Part shown: piece after piece, positions 8,320 through 18,095 of the stretch
Layout of the letters: every line of letters starts with the position of its first letter
Position numbering within the stretch: the stretch's first letter is position 1
DNA from: Candidatus Thorarchaeota archaeon
GTDB lineage: Archaea; Asgardarchaeota; Thorarchaeia; Thorarchaeales; Thorarchaeaceae
Reading direction: 5' to 3'
Assembly (NCBI GenBank): GCA_038893995.1
Contig: JAWAQK010000011.1
Coordinates: 33,199-54,849 of the forward strand
DNA length: 21,651 nt
Notes under the pieces: model-generated
The model's database searches: none
What the model was told of the DNA's origin: nothing
The model's input: the letters and a program-made list of their open reading frames with translations, nothing else
Program-made: the position numbers and the translations under genes

Positions 8320-10195
8320 ACACGGTCTGATGACCAACATCGGTCAGACGAGTACACTACGATACATGTTGAGAGGGCTGACCAAACACCCACTTGTCAC
8401 AGCCTCAGCGTTGATTCTGAGTGTCATCTCATCGCTGATCACCACATACCCCAGCATCTTGGTGGGACTAGCCGTAGATGAGCTCGGCGCAGCTGGGTTG
8501 ACGTCTCAGTTTCAGCTCTATGTGACAGAGATTGCGTTTCTAGCACTTGCATACATGGCGATGTACTTCGTGGTCGGGTACGCGTGGGCAAAGATGACAC
8601 TCAGCTGGGAAAGAGATGCCAGACAGGAGTTCTTTGAAACAATTCAAGGCTTCGGGATGAGATTCCATGACGAGATCGACAGCAAGAGAATGCTGTCAGT
8701 TGCCATGCAGGACATAGGCTGGATCAGGATGTCGCTCAATCCGGCATTGCGTAATCTCACATTCTCACTGGCGTCAATCGGAGTCGCATGCGTGTTTCTA
8801 TCCGCCATCGACCTCACGCCAGGGCTACACGGACTGATAGCGATACCAGCCTTCAACGTGGGAGGCCTGAACATTCCTCGGACTCCAATACCGATGTTCA
8901 CACTGCTGACAGTAGTTGGCGTGCCGCTCTACATGTTCCTTGCCTACAGGTACGCAAACACTGTAGAACCTGTCAGAAGAGAGAGAGCAGAGATGATGGA
9001 GAAACTGACCGCCATATCTCAGAACGTGTTCATGGGAATCGATGTGGTGCGGTCATTCGGGGCTGAAGATAGGGAGATTGACAAATTCGCTCAGGTCAGC
9101 CAGATCTACGCATCGAAGGTGACGAGGGAGGGAAGACTGGCCTCATTCTATCCGCCGTCCCTCCTACTGACTGCAATGACAGCGCTTGCACTGCTATATG
9201 GCGGATATGCAGTCGTAGTTCAGGCACTGAGCGTGGGCGTACTCACCCAGATACTGACACTTCTGGTCATGGTTCAGGGATTCAACTTCATGCTCCCCCG
9301 GATGTTACTGATGATACGTGCAGGATTCGTAAATGCTCAGAGGACCCTCAGTCTGATGCAGTGGCGGGATCCCATGGTCATTCCAAGCGACCCCGTCGAG
9401 TCCTGCAACTGGCTTGGGGACATTGTCTTTGAGGATGTTGATTTCACGTACGACAATGGTCGCAGCTCAGAACCTCATTACGCACTCAAGAACTTCAGTC
9501 TGAGGATTCCGGGAGGGTCGCGAGTAGCGCTCATCGGCGGGCCCGGCGGCGGAAAGAGTACGATATTGAAGTTGATCATGAGACTATACGATCCAACACG
9601 GGGACGGGTCCTGATAGACGGAATCGACCTCCGCAGATTCAACCCACAGACCCTGCGTCAGCACGTGGGTCTCGTGGAACAGGACATCTTCTTGTTCAGA
9701 AAGAGCATTCGCGACAACATCGCCTTTGGTAGACCTGACGCCACTGACGAGGAGATCATAGCTGCTGCAAAGAGGGCTCAGGCAGATGAGTTCATCCAGA
9801 GTCTGCCTGAGGGTTACAAGACCGTCATTGGCGAGCGTGGAATGACTCTCAGTGGGGGACAGAGACAGCGTCTTGCGATAGCGAGAGCAATCGTTCACAA
9901 TCCGAGCATCCTGCTGATGGATGACTCTGCTAGCGCAATCGACTCGAGAACAGAGCTGCTCTTGCGAAAGGCCCTGCAGGAGGTCATGAAGGGACGTACT
10001 AGTATCACTGTGACGCAGAGACTGAGGACGCTCATGGAGTCGGACCTCATCGTGATCGTCGATAAGGGAAGACTCGTTGCTGCGGGCACCCACGATGAGC
10101 TGATCAGGACCTCGGAACACTATCGACGTATCTTCGAGAGACTACCAGGAGCAGAGAGAGTGCTTCAGAGCACCGCAGTGGAGGTGACCCCGTAG
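8300..10195 (+). CDS. ABC exporter TMD-NBD half transporter, degenerate-site subunit
   Basis: TM domain, then Walker A GGPGGGKST, Q-loop VEQD, signature LSGGQ, Walker B LLMDD (E to D) and switch TQR (H to Q). GGAGG precedes TTG 8300; alternative ATG at 8312. Confidence 0.93.
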   Translation: MDTSMSEHGLMTNIGQTSTLRYMLRGLTKHPLVTASALILSVISSLITTYPSILVGLAVDELGAAGLTSQFQLYVTEIAFLALAYMAMYFVVGYAWAKMTLSWERDARQEFFETIQGFGMRFHDEIDSKRMLSVAMQDIGWIRMSLNPALRNLTFSLASIGVACVFLSAIDLTPGLHGLIAIPAFNVGGLNIPRTPIPMFTLLTVVGVPLYMFLAYRYANTVEPVRRERAEMMEKLTAISQNVFMGIDVVRSFGAEDREIDKFAQVSQIYASKVTREGRLASFYPPSLLLTAMTALALLYGGYAVVVQALSVGVLTQILTLLVMVQGFNFMLPRMLLMIRAGFVNAQRTLSLMQWRDPMVIPSDPVESCNWLGDIVFEDVDFTYDNGRSSEPHYALKNFSLRIPGGSRVALIGGPGGGKSTILKLIMRLYDPTRGRVLIDGIDLRRFNPQTLRQHVGLVEQDIFLFRKSIRDNIAFGRPDATDEEIIAAAKRAQADEFIQSLPEGYKTVIGERGMTLSGGQRQRLAIARAIVHNPSILLMDDSASAIDSRTELLLRKALQEVMKGRTSITVTQRLRTLMESDLIVIVDKGRLVAAGTHDELIRTSEHYRRIFERLPGAERVLQSTAVEVTP

Positions 10196-12249
10196 TGGCA
10201 TTCCACGGACCCGGAGGCCCAAGGTCGCTGGCAGCTCAGCGAGAGAAGCGGAGCCGGCCCGTCAGAGTCCTGCTGGGGCGCATGATGTTCTACCTTGGCA
10301 GTTTCAGGAGACTCGTTGTAATAGGGGCGTCCCTGTCACTGATCGCCACGGTAGTGTCGATGTTTGACCCACTGATACTGAGCTGGGCAGTCGACTCTGT
10401 TCTGAGCACAAACGCGACCTTGGGGGTATTGATCCTACTGGTAGTCCTCTACGTAGTGCTCAAGATAGTCGCATGGGCGCTAGATGGTATCAACAACTGG
10501 ATCCTTGCTGATGCACAGGCTTCCTTTGTAAGGCATATTCAGTTGGATGTGTACGAGCATCTTGTGCGTGCGGACATGTCGTACCACAGGGGAGAGCAGA
10601 GCGGAAATGTCACCTCAAGAGTCACCTCTGACACGGTGACGCTCGGTACTGGGATACAGGTAATGATAGACTTTGCAAGCCAGATTCTCATGCTCGCGAC
10701 AACACTCATCCTGCTGATCGTCACGTCCCCCCTGCTGGCGCTCACGTCCATGGTCGTGGTACCTGCTGTCGTATTCATCGCGGTACTATTCGGCACCGTC
10801 GGGCAGAGGATCATGCTTGCCTCTCAGAGGGCATACGGCAACGTATCAGGACAGATTGCGGAGAACCTGAGCGGGATCCATGTGGCAAAGGCGTTCAACC
10901 GCGAGCACGAGCTAGCCATGGAACTCAGGGAACTGAACCAGAAGGCGTACAGACACGGGTTCAAGTTCATGATCATGATGAGTGCCATGCAACCCCTCAT
11001 GAGGGCCACCGGACAGTTCGGCCTTGCGGCTGTTCTGTTTGTCGGCGGTACCATGGCCGTCGGTACACAGCCACTTCTAACAGTTGGCCAACTCTTCCTG
11101 GGGATCATACTTGTCAATCGGTTCATGTGGCCCCTGCTCACCATCTCAATGATGGCTGCCGAAGTCCAGTCATCACTTGCTGCGATGGACAGGGTCCTGG
11201 ATGTGCTTGAGTCGAAGAGGACCGTCGGTGACAGACAGGATGCAGTGCCGCTACGAGATGACAGTGATGGCATTACGTTCGAGAATGTCACGTTCTCGTA
11301 CCTAAAGGGAGTCCCGGTATTGAATGGAGTGAGTTTCAGTGTTAGGCCCGGAGAAACTGTTGCTGTGGTGGGTCATACAGGTGCAGGAAAGACCACACTC
11401 GCAGCGTTGATCAACAGGTTCTACGATGTTGACGAGGGCCGAATCCTCATCGGAGATCAGGACATCAGGGATGTCACCCTCAAGTCTCTTCATTCTGCGG
11501 TATCGCTCGTGCCGCAGGAGACTTACCTGTTCGACGGTAGCATAATGGAAAACATCAGATACGGTCGGCCCGGCGCCAGTGATTCCGAGATACGGGATAT
11601 CTGCGCTCTGATCGGTGCAGACACCTTCATCGGAGCATTGGCAGACGGATACGACACGAGAGTGATCGAGAATGGAAAGAATCTGAGCGCGGGCCAGAAA
11701 CAGATGATAGCCATTGCGAGGACCATGCTGGCCAATCCGCGTATTCTCATACTTGATGAGGCCACAAGTAGACTCGATGCCTACAGTGAGTCGCTGGTGC
11801 AGGAGGCACAGGCAAGGCTATTCGCAGGAAGGACCACAATTGTGATAGCACACCGTCTGACGACAATAGCCAATGCGTCGAGAATACTCGTCTTTGATCA
11901 TGGCAGGCTGGTGGAGCAGGGTACCCATGCTGAGCTATTGTCCATGAACGGTAAGTTCAGAGAACTCTACGACACCTATTACGCGCATCAGGGGGTCGAG
12001 GATCTGGCATCCGATGCTGCGGAGAGGGCTCAGAGGGTTCTTCGAGCGTCAAGTAGGCAGCACACGGTAGTTCCAGACTCGACGCGAGACACGAACCGAG
12101 AGGCCGCGACTGTTGAGGCTGCGATACCTGCTGATACCGACGCAGGATTCACATCTGTGCCTGACGATTCACATTCAGGCCCGGCCAGAATGCAGGCAGG
12201 AAACTCAACCCTGTCCAGTCGTGAGAGGCGTGTGGGGGACGGTCAGTAA
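10195..12249 (+). CDS. ABC exporter TMD-NBD half transporter, consensus-site subunit
   Basis: Walker A GHTGAGKTT, VPQE, signature LSAGQ, ILILDEATS and AHRL. The GTG overlaps the upstream TAG and follows GGAGGTGA. Ends in a polar tail of about 85 aa. Confidence 0.93.
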   Translation: MAFHGPGGPRSLAAQREKRSRPVRVLLGRMMFYLGSFRRLVVIGASLSLIATVVSMFDPLILSWAVDSVLSTNATLGVLILLVVLYVVLKIVAWALDGINNWILADAQASFVRHIQLDVYEHLVRADMSYHRGEQSGNVTSRVTSDTVTLGTGIQVMIDFASQILMLATTLILLIVTSPLLALTSMVVVPAVVFIAVLFGTVGQRIMLASQRAYGNVSGQIAENLSGIHVAKAFNREHELAMELRELNQKAYRHGFKFMIMMSAMQPLMRATGQFGLAAVLFVGGTMAVGTQPLLTVGQLFLGIILVNRFMWPLLTISMMAAEVQSSLAAMDRVLDVLESKRTVGDRQDAVPLRDDSDGITFENVTFSYLKGVPVLNGVSFSVRPGETVAVVGHTGAGKTTLAALINRFYDVDEGRILIGDQDIRDVTLKSLHSAVSLVPQETYLFDGSIMENIRYGRPGASDSEIRDICALIGADTFIGALADGYDTRVIENGKNLSAGQKQMIAIARTMLANPRILILDEATSRLDAYSESLVQEAQARLFAGRTTIVIAHRLTTIANASRILVFDHGRLVEQGTHAELLSMNGKFRELYDTYYAHQGVEDLASDAAERAQRVLRASSRQHTVVPDSTRDTNREAATVEAAIPADTDAGFTSVPDDSHSGPARMQAGNSTLSSRERRVGDGQ

Positions 12250-12333
12250 GTGACCTCGGAGTATCGTGTGATCGACGACGAGGCATCGCTCACCTGAAAC
12301 ACTGGCAGCAGCACTGAGTCCCGTCTTGCCCCT

Positions 12334-13137
12334 TCAGCCGGTGGTTGTTCCGACCCTCTGGACATACGTTGGAGATATCTGCTCAAAGCCAATCAGGGCA
12401 ACTCCCGCGAGTAGGTAGGCCTCAACAGCTAGTAGTCGCACGGTGGGGTCAGTGGGACCGAGGACTACAAGGACAGATATGAGATCGCGCACCACAAAGA
12501 TGAATAGTGTCAGCGTGAGCACTGCAAATGGGACAGCAATTACACCCCCCCTAAACTGCCAAGTGATCACTATCAGAGACAGCAGTATCGTGACAACTGC
12601 CACTGACACTGGAATTGAAACAATGGTTTCGAGAATGTCACTTCGCGGCGTCATGACCATTAGGATGGCCCTCTCCGCGATCACGGTTGCGACAGTGACG
12701 ACCAACAGTAGCACCAGGGACTTCGGCATCTGCGCTGGACGGAGCGTTCTCATCAGTGTGAGTAGGTATGAAACTATGCCTGTCGTCCACAGGAGGACTC
12801 CGGGTATCTGTAAGAGTGTTACTGCAAAGTAGAAGAGGTGAGGGTCTTGAGTCACAGTCACTATCGAGGTCGCGCTCTCCGGCAGAGTCAACACGACCAG
12901 GCCTAGTGAGATTGTCAAGCACATGAAGTGCAGAATATCGGCACTAGTCAGCGCTCCACGCCCGAACAGCAGTACGCCGAACGTTCCTACAACGAGAGGG
13001 CATACTGGACCAACAATCAGAAGTAGGTCCCGGATCAGTTCGGGAGCGCCCACAGACAGGGCGTAGAGAGCGATCAAGGCCAAGAGCGACGCTGTCAGTG
13101 GCAGAACAGTGAGGCTCACTTTGAAAATCGTTTTCAT
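12334..13137 (-). CDS. Hypothetical integral membrane protein (about 8 TM helices)
   Basis: 267 aa made of eight hydrophobic stretches with short loops; co-oriented 65 nt downstream of the longin-domain gene. Confidence 0.75.
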   Translation of the reverse strand: MKTIFKVSLTVLPLTASLLALIALYALSVGAPELIRDLLLIVGPVCPLVVGTFGVLLFGRGALTSADILHFMCLTISLGLVVLTLPESATSIVTVTQDPHLFYFAVTLLQIPGVLLWTTGIVSYLLTLMRTLRPAQMPKSLVLLLVVTVATVIAERAILMVMTPRSDILETIVSIPVSVAVVTILLSLIVITWQFRGGVIAVPFAVLTLTLFIFVVRDLISVLVVLGPTDPTVRLLAVEAYLLAGVALIGFEQISPTYVQRVGTTTG

Positions 13138-13202
13138 TAGGGGGTTCGCTCCTACGGATTCAGTTATTGACCACGATTTCTCTCTTCCTCCAGCTCACTC
13201 TC

Positions 13203-14399
13203 TCAGACTACAGTCAGTGTATCCCAACCTACTTCGTAGACCGCACTCGGGTATCGTTCCTCTATGCTGTCTCTTGTCAACTCAACGAGTCGATTGGTGA
13301 CATTCCGTCCCACAATCCTGCTCATGCGCTTGGACAGGAACTGAAGTAGTGCCCGAAAACCCTCCTCGATGGCATCAGGAGATAGGATCCCTCTCAGCGC
13401 AGCTGCGAGGAGGGAGCCTTTGATGTCGACAGTGATGCCCTGTTCGATGTCCACAAATGCCAACCAGGGATGAGGACCTGATAACTCGTTTCGGGAATCA
13501 AAGAAGATCCGTCTGGCAGCAGACATACCTGCCATCTTGGAGAAGCCCTCTACGAGAGTCTGGACAACTGCTGTATACAATACGAGACGTGCCTGCGAAG
13601 GAGAGACTCGCTCCACCGCCTTTCTCTGGGCAAGGATGCCAATCTCAGTCAGAAACTTGCTGAAGTCGGATGTCTTGATTCGTTCTGCCGCTATGGATAG
13701 GGGAGTCTCACCATCCAGTTCTGGAATAGCTCGCACGGTATCCTCTGAAACATCAGGGACACCTGAGTTGGGTTGTAGTATTGATGTGGCCTGGTAGATA
13801 TCATCTGGCCTGATGGGTTGAAGTACCAGAATCGCCTTCTCCCACAGTGATCTGGCAGTAAGATTGATCACAGTGTCAATTGGGATTTCCAGGAACTCAG
13901 AGGCCTCTCTTACAGAACAGTTCTTCGGAAGCAGACTCAGAAATGCCCGGACCTCTGCATTATCGACGTAGAGGTCCCAGTTCAGCCGGGGACGGATTAT
14001 CGTGTCCTCGTTTATCTGTGGACGGATGAACTCGTCGATCACCACTTGCTCGAATCGGGTCCTGACGGCGAGGTCAATATCGACATGCTTGAGCAGACTG
14101 AACTGCTGCTCGAACTTCTCAATGACACGCCGTAGGCACTTCCTGAGAAACTCATTCTCGTTCGAGACCGAGAGGGCACCGAGCGTCCATTCCCCGAACT
14201 CGACCATGATCTTGTAGTCACTTCCCTCAAAGCCGCGAGCGGTCGAGACTTCAGACTGTTTGGACATGTCAAAGAAGCTCATGATCGCGACCAGTAACGA
14301 TGCCACAAGATGCGGGTCAATCGTGGACTCGGTGAAGTCCTTGTAGTAAAGACAGGTACCCGTCTTCAGCTTGATTATGTATAGGCTCTTGATGTCCAT
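13203..14399 (-). CDS. Longin-like domain + two winged-helix-like repeats + helical C-terminal domain
   Basis: N-terminal beta-beta-alpha-beta-beta-beta-alpha pattern: SLYIIK..GTCLYYKDF, IDPHLVASLLVAIMSF, YKIMVEFGEWTLGALSV, LRKCLRRVIEKFEQQF. Then ~70-aa repeats FLSLLPKNCSVREASE and AIPELDGETPLSIAAE. Confidence 0.75.
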   Translation of the reverse strand: MDIKSLYIIKLKTGTCLYYKDFTESTIDPHLVASLLVAIMSFFDMSKQSEVSTARGFEGSDYKIMVEFGEWTLGALSVSNENEFLRKCLRRVIEKFEQQFSLLKHVDIDLAVRTRFEQVVIDEFIRPQINEDTIIRPRLNWDLYVDNAEVRAFLSLLPKNCSVREASEFLEIPIDTVINLTARSLWEKAILVLQPIRPDDIYQATSILQPNSGVPDVSEDTVRAIPELDGETPLSIAAERIKTSDFSKFLTEIGILAQRKAVERVSPSQARLVLYTAVVQTLVEGFSKMAGMSAARRIFFDSRNELSGPHPWLAFVDIEQGITVDIKGSLLAAALRGILSPDAIEEGFRALLQFLSKRMSRIVGRNVTNRLVELTRDSIEERYPSAVYEVGWDTLTVV

Positions 14400-14459
14400 G
14401 TTGATCCCTGAGAGCGACTCAATGATACCTGGTGGTCACCGTTGCGGATGTAACATCTC

Positions 14460-14467
14460 CTTTATAG
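14460..14467 (-). promoter_or_regulatory. TATA-like box (CTATAAAG) upstream of the longin-domain gene
   Basis: AT-rich box about 60 nt upstream of ATG 14399, within the divergent intergenic region. Confidence 0.35.
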
Positions 14468-14565
14468 GCATTCCACCGGCACACCATGCTACAGACTGTG
14501 ACAATCTGTCATGCAGATAGTATTTCGACATTGAGATGCCAGAAACGTGTCAAGGATGAGTTGCC

Positions 14566-15171
14566 ATGAGTGAGGAGTTCAATCTCAATTGCCCAGTCTG
14601 CGGAGCGAGGGGCCTTAGAGTGAACTCGTCGATGGTCAGCATACCGTACTTCAATCAGCTCGCAATGTTCACGATCCACTGTGACAGCTGTGGGTTCAAC
14701 CACAATGACGTGTTCTCCACTGAAGAGAGGGAACCGTGCAGGTGGACCTACCGCGTCACGGGGGCTGCCATGCTCAATACCCGCGTCGTCAGGTCAGGAT
14801 CAGGCACCATACGAATCCCGGACTTTGGCATTGATGTGGAACCAGGACCATCGGCTGAGTCATTCATATCAAACGTGGAGGGCGTACTATTACGCATCAG
14901 GACTGTTCTCGAGGGCATTGTCGTGCTGGTCGAAAATGAGACCGAGAAGGATCGAGGTAGGGCCGTCATCGAGATGTTAGACCAGGCCATGGCGGGAAGT
15001 CTGCCGTTCACACTGGTGATTGAAGACCCTGCAGGTGTCAGCGCAATACTCCCCGACGACATGACCCAGGTCAAGTATGAACGATTGTCAAAAGAAGAGG
15101 CTGCAAGCCTCAGGGGCGCCCCCAATTGGCTTCAGGAGGTCCGCGAGGATCTTATGGACGGCCGCTCCTGA
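14566..15171 (+). CDS. ZPR1-family zinc finger protein (archaeal single-module form)
   Basis: CPVC...IPYF...CDSCGF, LNTRVVRSGSGTIRIP, VEPGP...FISNVEGVL and TLVIEDPAGVS. Confidence 0.93.
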   Translation: MSEEFNLNCPVCGARGLRVNSSMVSIPYFNQLAMFTIHCDSCGFNHNDVFSTEEREPCRWTYRVTGAAMLNTRVVRSGSGTIRIPDFGIDVEPGPSAESFISNVEGVLLRIRTVLEGIVVLVENETEKDRGRAVIEMLDQAMAGSLPFTLVIEDPAGVSAILPDDMTQVKYERLSKEEAASLRGAPNWLQEVREDLMDGRS

Positions 15172-15405
15172 CTACAGCTGTGTTCCTGAGTGGCCGGCAC
15201 CGAGTGGTCTGCGACTTGTCATTTGTCTTCCACTGTACCTGGCACGTGTAGTATGGTCAGAAGGGCAATTGTAGAGCATTCGGCACCCGTGGGAATCCTT
15301 AAGAAGGACAATTCTCGGCCGCTAGTCCCGAAAAAATGGACGCTGGGCTGAATATGAAACCAGGACCTACTGGGAATGCCTAGCAGGACCATGGGTGAAT
15401 GAGAA

Positions 15406-17784
15406 ATGCAACTGTTCGAGACTTTCAACAGCATGGCAGACATCGAGAAGGCGATGATTCTGACTGTCATTGCAGCAGCCTTCGCCAGTCTCGTCTATGC
15501 ATGGTGGCTCCGAAAGGGAGTACTTGCACTGCCAAAGGGAACCGAGCAGATGCAGAGGGTCTGGAACGGAATAAGAGAGGGAGCACTGTCCTATCTGAAG
15601 AGACAGTTGAAGAGTATAATACCCATTCTCGCAGTCCTCACATTCCTTCTGTTCTTCACGGTCTACGTGACGGTTCCCGAGAGAGGTACACTGGAGCTGT
15701 TCGGCAACACGCCTGAGGGCATTGCCACCGCACGAGTTGTGGTCGGTATAGGTCGGTCGCTGGCATTCCTTCTTGGGGCCAGTTTCTCCCTAGCTGTGGG
15801 ACAACTTGGGATGAGAATCGCGGTCGAGTCAAACATCAGGGTTGCGCAGGCCACAAGAGAGGGTGAGGACCGATACAACCGAGCGCTAACAATCTCATAT
15901 CGCGGTGGGACCTTTACTGGAATGTTGACGGATGGCCTCGGACTCCTGGGTGGCACCTGCATATTCATCATCTACGGGATTGCAGCACCGGATGCATTAC
16001 TTGGCTTTGGTCTCGGAGGTACACTCCTGGCTCTCTTCATGAGAGTCGGTGGTGGAATATACACCAAGGCTGCAGATGTCGGTGCAGACCTCGTGGGCAA
16101 GGTCGAGCAGGGACTCCCAGAGGACGATCCCAGAAACGCAGCCGTCATAGCTGACCTTGTCGGAGACAACGTAGGAGACTGCGCAGGAATGGCTGCAGAC
16201 ATATTCGAGTCCTACGAGGTGACCATTGTCTCTGCGCTTATCCTGGCAATAGTACTGTACCTGGATCCGCTGTTCCACGCAGCTGCACTGCCTGGCGGAG
16301 CCTTCGCTGTGGTCGTGTTTCCGCTGTTCGTGAGAGCAGTCGGTGTGATCTCGTCTATGATCGGTACATTCATGGTACCGGTCTGGCCTCGCCTCTTCAG
16401 GAAGCGGTCGGTCTACGCGGAGAAGGCCATGTTCTTGTCCTACGAGGCCTCAAGCATCTTCACAATAACCATCACGATGCTACTCTCGTGGTTCTATGTT
16501 GGCGATATCAGATTCGGCATTCTTGTTGCAGTCGGAGTCATGCTGGCAGTCTCGTTCAACCCCATAACCAGCTACTTCACTTCTCTGAAGAAACCCCCTG
16601 TGAAGGAGATCGTACACTCTGCTGATACGGGTACGGCAACATTCATCCTGTCCGGACTCGTGGCCGGCTATGAATCGACCGTTGCAGCATTGGTCGTAAT
16701 CGTCACGACCTTCGGGATATCGACAGTGCTGTTCCTACCCGCAGTTGCTGGAGCTGCAGCTCCACTCTTCGTACCAGATGTGGCCGGAACCCTGTGGACA
16801 CTCTACGGGATAGCGCTCATCGGTATTGGAATGCTGTCTCACACGGGCAACAATGTTGCAATGGACTCGTACGGGCCCATCAGCGACAATGCTGCGGGGA
16901 TAGGGGAGCTGTCACCTGGGGACTTTGATGAGGAGTCTCGAAGGGTCATGGCGGAGCTGGATGCAGTCGGAAATACGACCAAGGCGATCACAAAGGGCGT
17001 GGCAATAGCGTCGGCTGTCATCGCAGCTGTCAGCCTCTTCGATAGCTTCGTGGTTGTTGCAGGCATTGAGCATCTCATTCTCGACCACCCACTCGTCTTC
17101 TCAGGCGTGCTGCTTGGTGCGGCGCTGCCATGGCTGTTCTCTGCGTTCAACATCAAGGCAGTCACTCGAGCCGCAGGCGAGATGGTCAGAGAGGTGCGCA
17201 GGCAGTTCCGGATACCTGGAATTCTTGAGGGGACTGTCAAACCAGACTACGCTCGTGCCGTATCGATATCCACGATTGCAGCCCAGAAGGAACTCATCTC
17301 GTTGGCACTGCTGTCAGTGTCGGTCCCGCTCCTCGTTGGAATACTCTTCGGAGTGGAGTCCATGGGAGGCTTCCTTGGTGGTATTATAGTCTCGGGTCAG
17401 CTACTTGCCGTATACATGGCAAACGCTGGAGGTGCCTGGGACAACGCCAAGAAGTGCATCGAGGATGAGCCGAGAGACCCACAGCACAATATGGGAAAGG
17501 GATCTGAGCGCCACAAGTGCGGGGTTGTTGGGGACACCGTTGGAGATCCGCTCAAGGACACAGCAGGTCCGGCACTCAACCCAATGATCAAGGTTGTCAA
17601 CCTCGTGAGCCTCATACTGGCGCCGGTGCTGGTACAGTTCTCTTGGGGTTCGAGTCCGGAGGCCAATATGTACCTCCTGTTGGCATTGTTTGTGCTCGTC
17701 CTCCTCACAATCTGGAGCATCAAGAAGAGCACCAAGCCCGCTGACTTTGGAGCAGGGGCCGGCTCAAGTTCCGGTCCCAAGTAG
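15406..17784 (+). CDS. hppA: Membrane-integral pyrophosphatase, K+-independent type (probably H+-pumping)
   Basis: GGGIYTKAADVGADLVGKVE, EDDPRN, DLVGDNVGD, GPISDNA, DAVGNTTKA (Lys at the K+-dependence site) and GDTVGDPLKDT. SD GGTGA lies 7 nt upstream of the ATG. Confidence 0.96.
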   Translation: MQLFETFNSMADIEKAMILTVIAAAFASLVYAWWLRKGVLALPKGTEQMQRVWNGIREGALSYLKRQLKSIIPILAVLTFLLFFTVYVTVPERGTLELFGNTPEGIATARVVVGIGRSLAFLLGASFSLAVGQLGMRIAVESNIRVAQATREGEDRYNRALTISYRGGTFTGMLTDGLGLLGGTCIFIIYGIAAPDALLGFGLGGTLLALFMRVGGGIYTKAADVGADLVGKVEQGLPEDDPRNAAVIADLVGDNVGDCAGMAADIFESYEVTIVSALILAIVLYLDPLFHAAALPGGAFAVVVFPLFVRAVGVISSMIGTFMVPVWPRLFRKRSVYAEKAMFLSYEASSIFTITITMLLSWFYVGDIRFGILVAVGVMLAVSFNPITSYFTSLKKPPVKEIVHSADTGTATFILSGLVAGYESTVAALVVIVTTFGISTVLFLPAVAGAAAPLFVPDVAGTLWTLYGIALIGIGMLSHTGNNVAMDSYGPISDNAAGIGELSPGDFDEESRRVMAELDAVGNTTKAITKGVAIASAVIAAVSLFDSFVVVAGIEHLILDHPLVFSGVLLGAALPWLFSAFNIKAVTRAAGEMVREVRRQFRIPGILEGTVKPDYARAVSISTIAAQKELISLALLSVSVPLLVGILFGVESMGGFLGGIIVSGQLLAVYMANAGGAWDNAKKCIEDEPRDPQHNMGKGSERHKCGVVGDTVGDPLKDTAGPALNPMIKVVNLVSLILAPVLVQFSWGSSPEANMYLLLALFVLVLLTIWSIKKSTKPADFGAGAGSSSGPK

Positions 17785-17792
17785 TACAGACA

Positions 17793-17830
17793 CAGGTGGC
17801 AGGACAATGCCACCTGCCTCTCTCTTTTTC
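17793..17830 (+). terminator. Hairpin plus pyrimidine/T tract directly after hppA
   Basis: CAGGTGGCA-ggacaa-TGCCACCTG is a perfect 9-bp stem, followed by CCTCTCTCTTTTTC, starting 8 nt after the stop codon. Confidence 0.7.
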
Positions 17831-18095
17831 ATACTGACTGGTTGTTCATGAACGCCAGGGATTCACTGTTCTACAATAGCAGTAGTGACCGAGACAGCTG
17901 CAGGCGTGCATAGGAGATGACAGACGGCTATCCTGTCGACAGAATCACGCGCATACTAAGACAGAGACTCCAGACGAACACGGCAGTGAGAAGGAATGGC
18001 TCGGAGGAAAGCAATATCGATCGCCCACTATGTTCGCCCGACGGCATCCTGCTCATGGTACAATGAGATTCCGAAGGGGACGGAATGAGCATGGC

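Noticed and set aside
15391-15402. Mini uORF ATG-GGT-GAA-TGA in frame with hppA (possible Sec read-through)
   Set aside because: It coincides with the GGTGA SD, would add only five residues, and has no functional rationale.
17782-18066. Pyrrolysine-type read-through of the hppA TAG (hairpin follows; frame has only one more TAG before 18066), or a 49-aa ORF at 17917-18066
   Set aside because: HppA is already complete, the hairpin plus T tract is better explained as a terminator, the extension has no recognisable features, and AGGAG abuts the ATG too closely to act as an SD.
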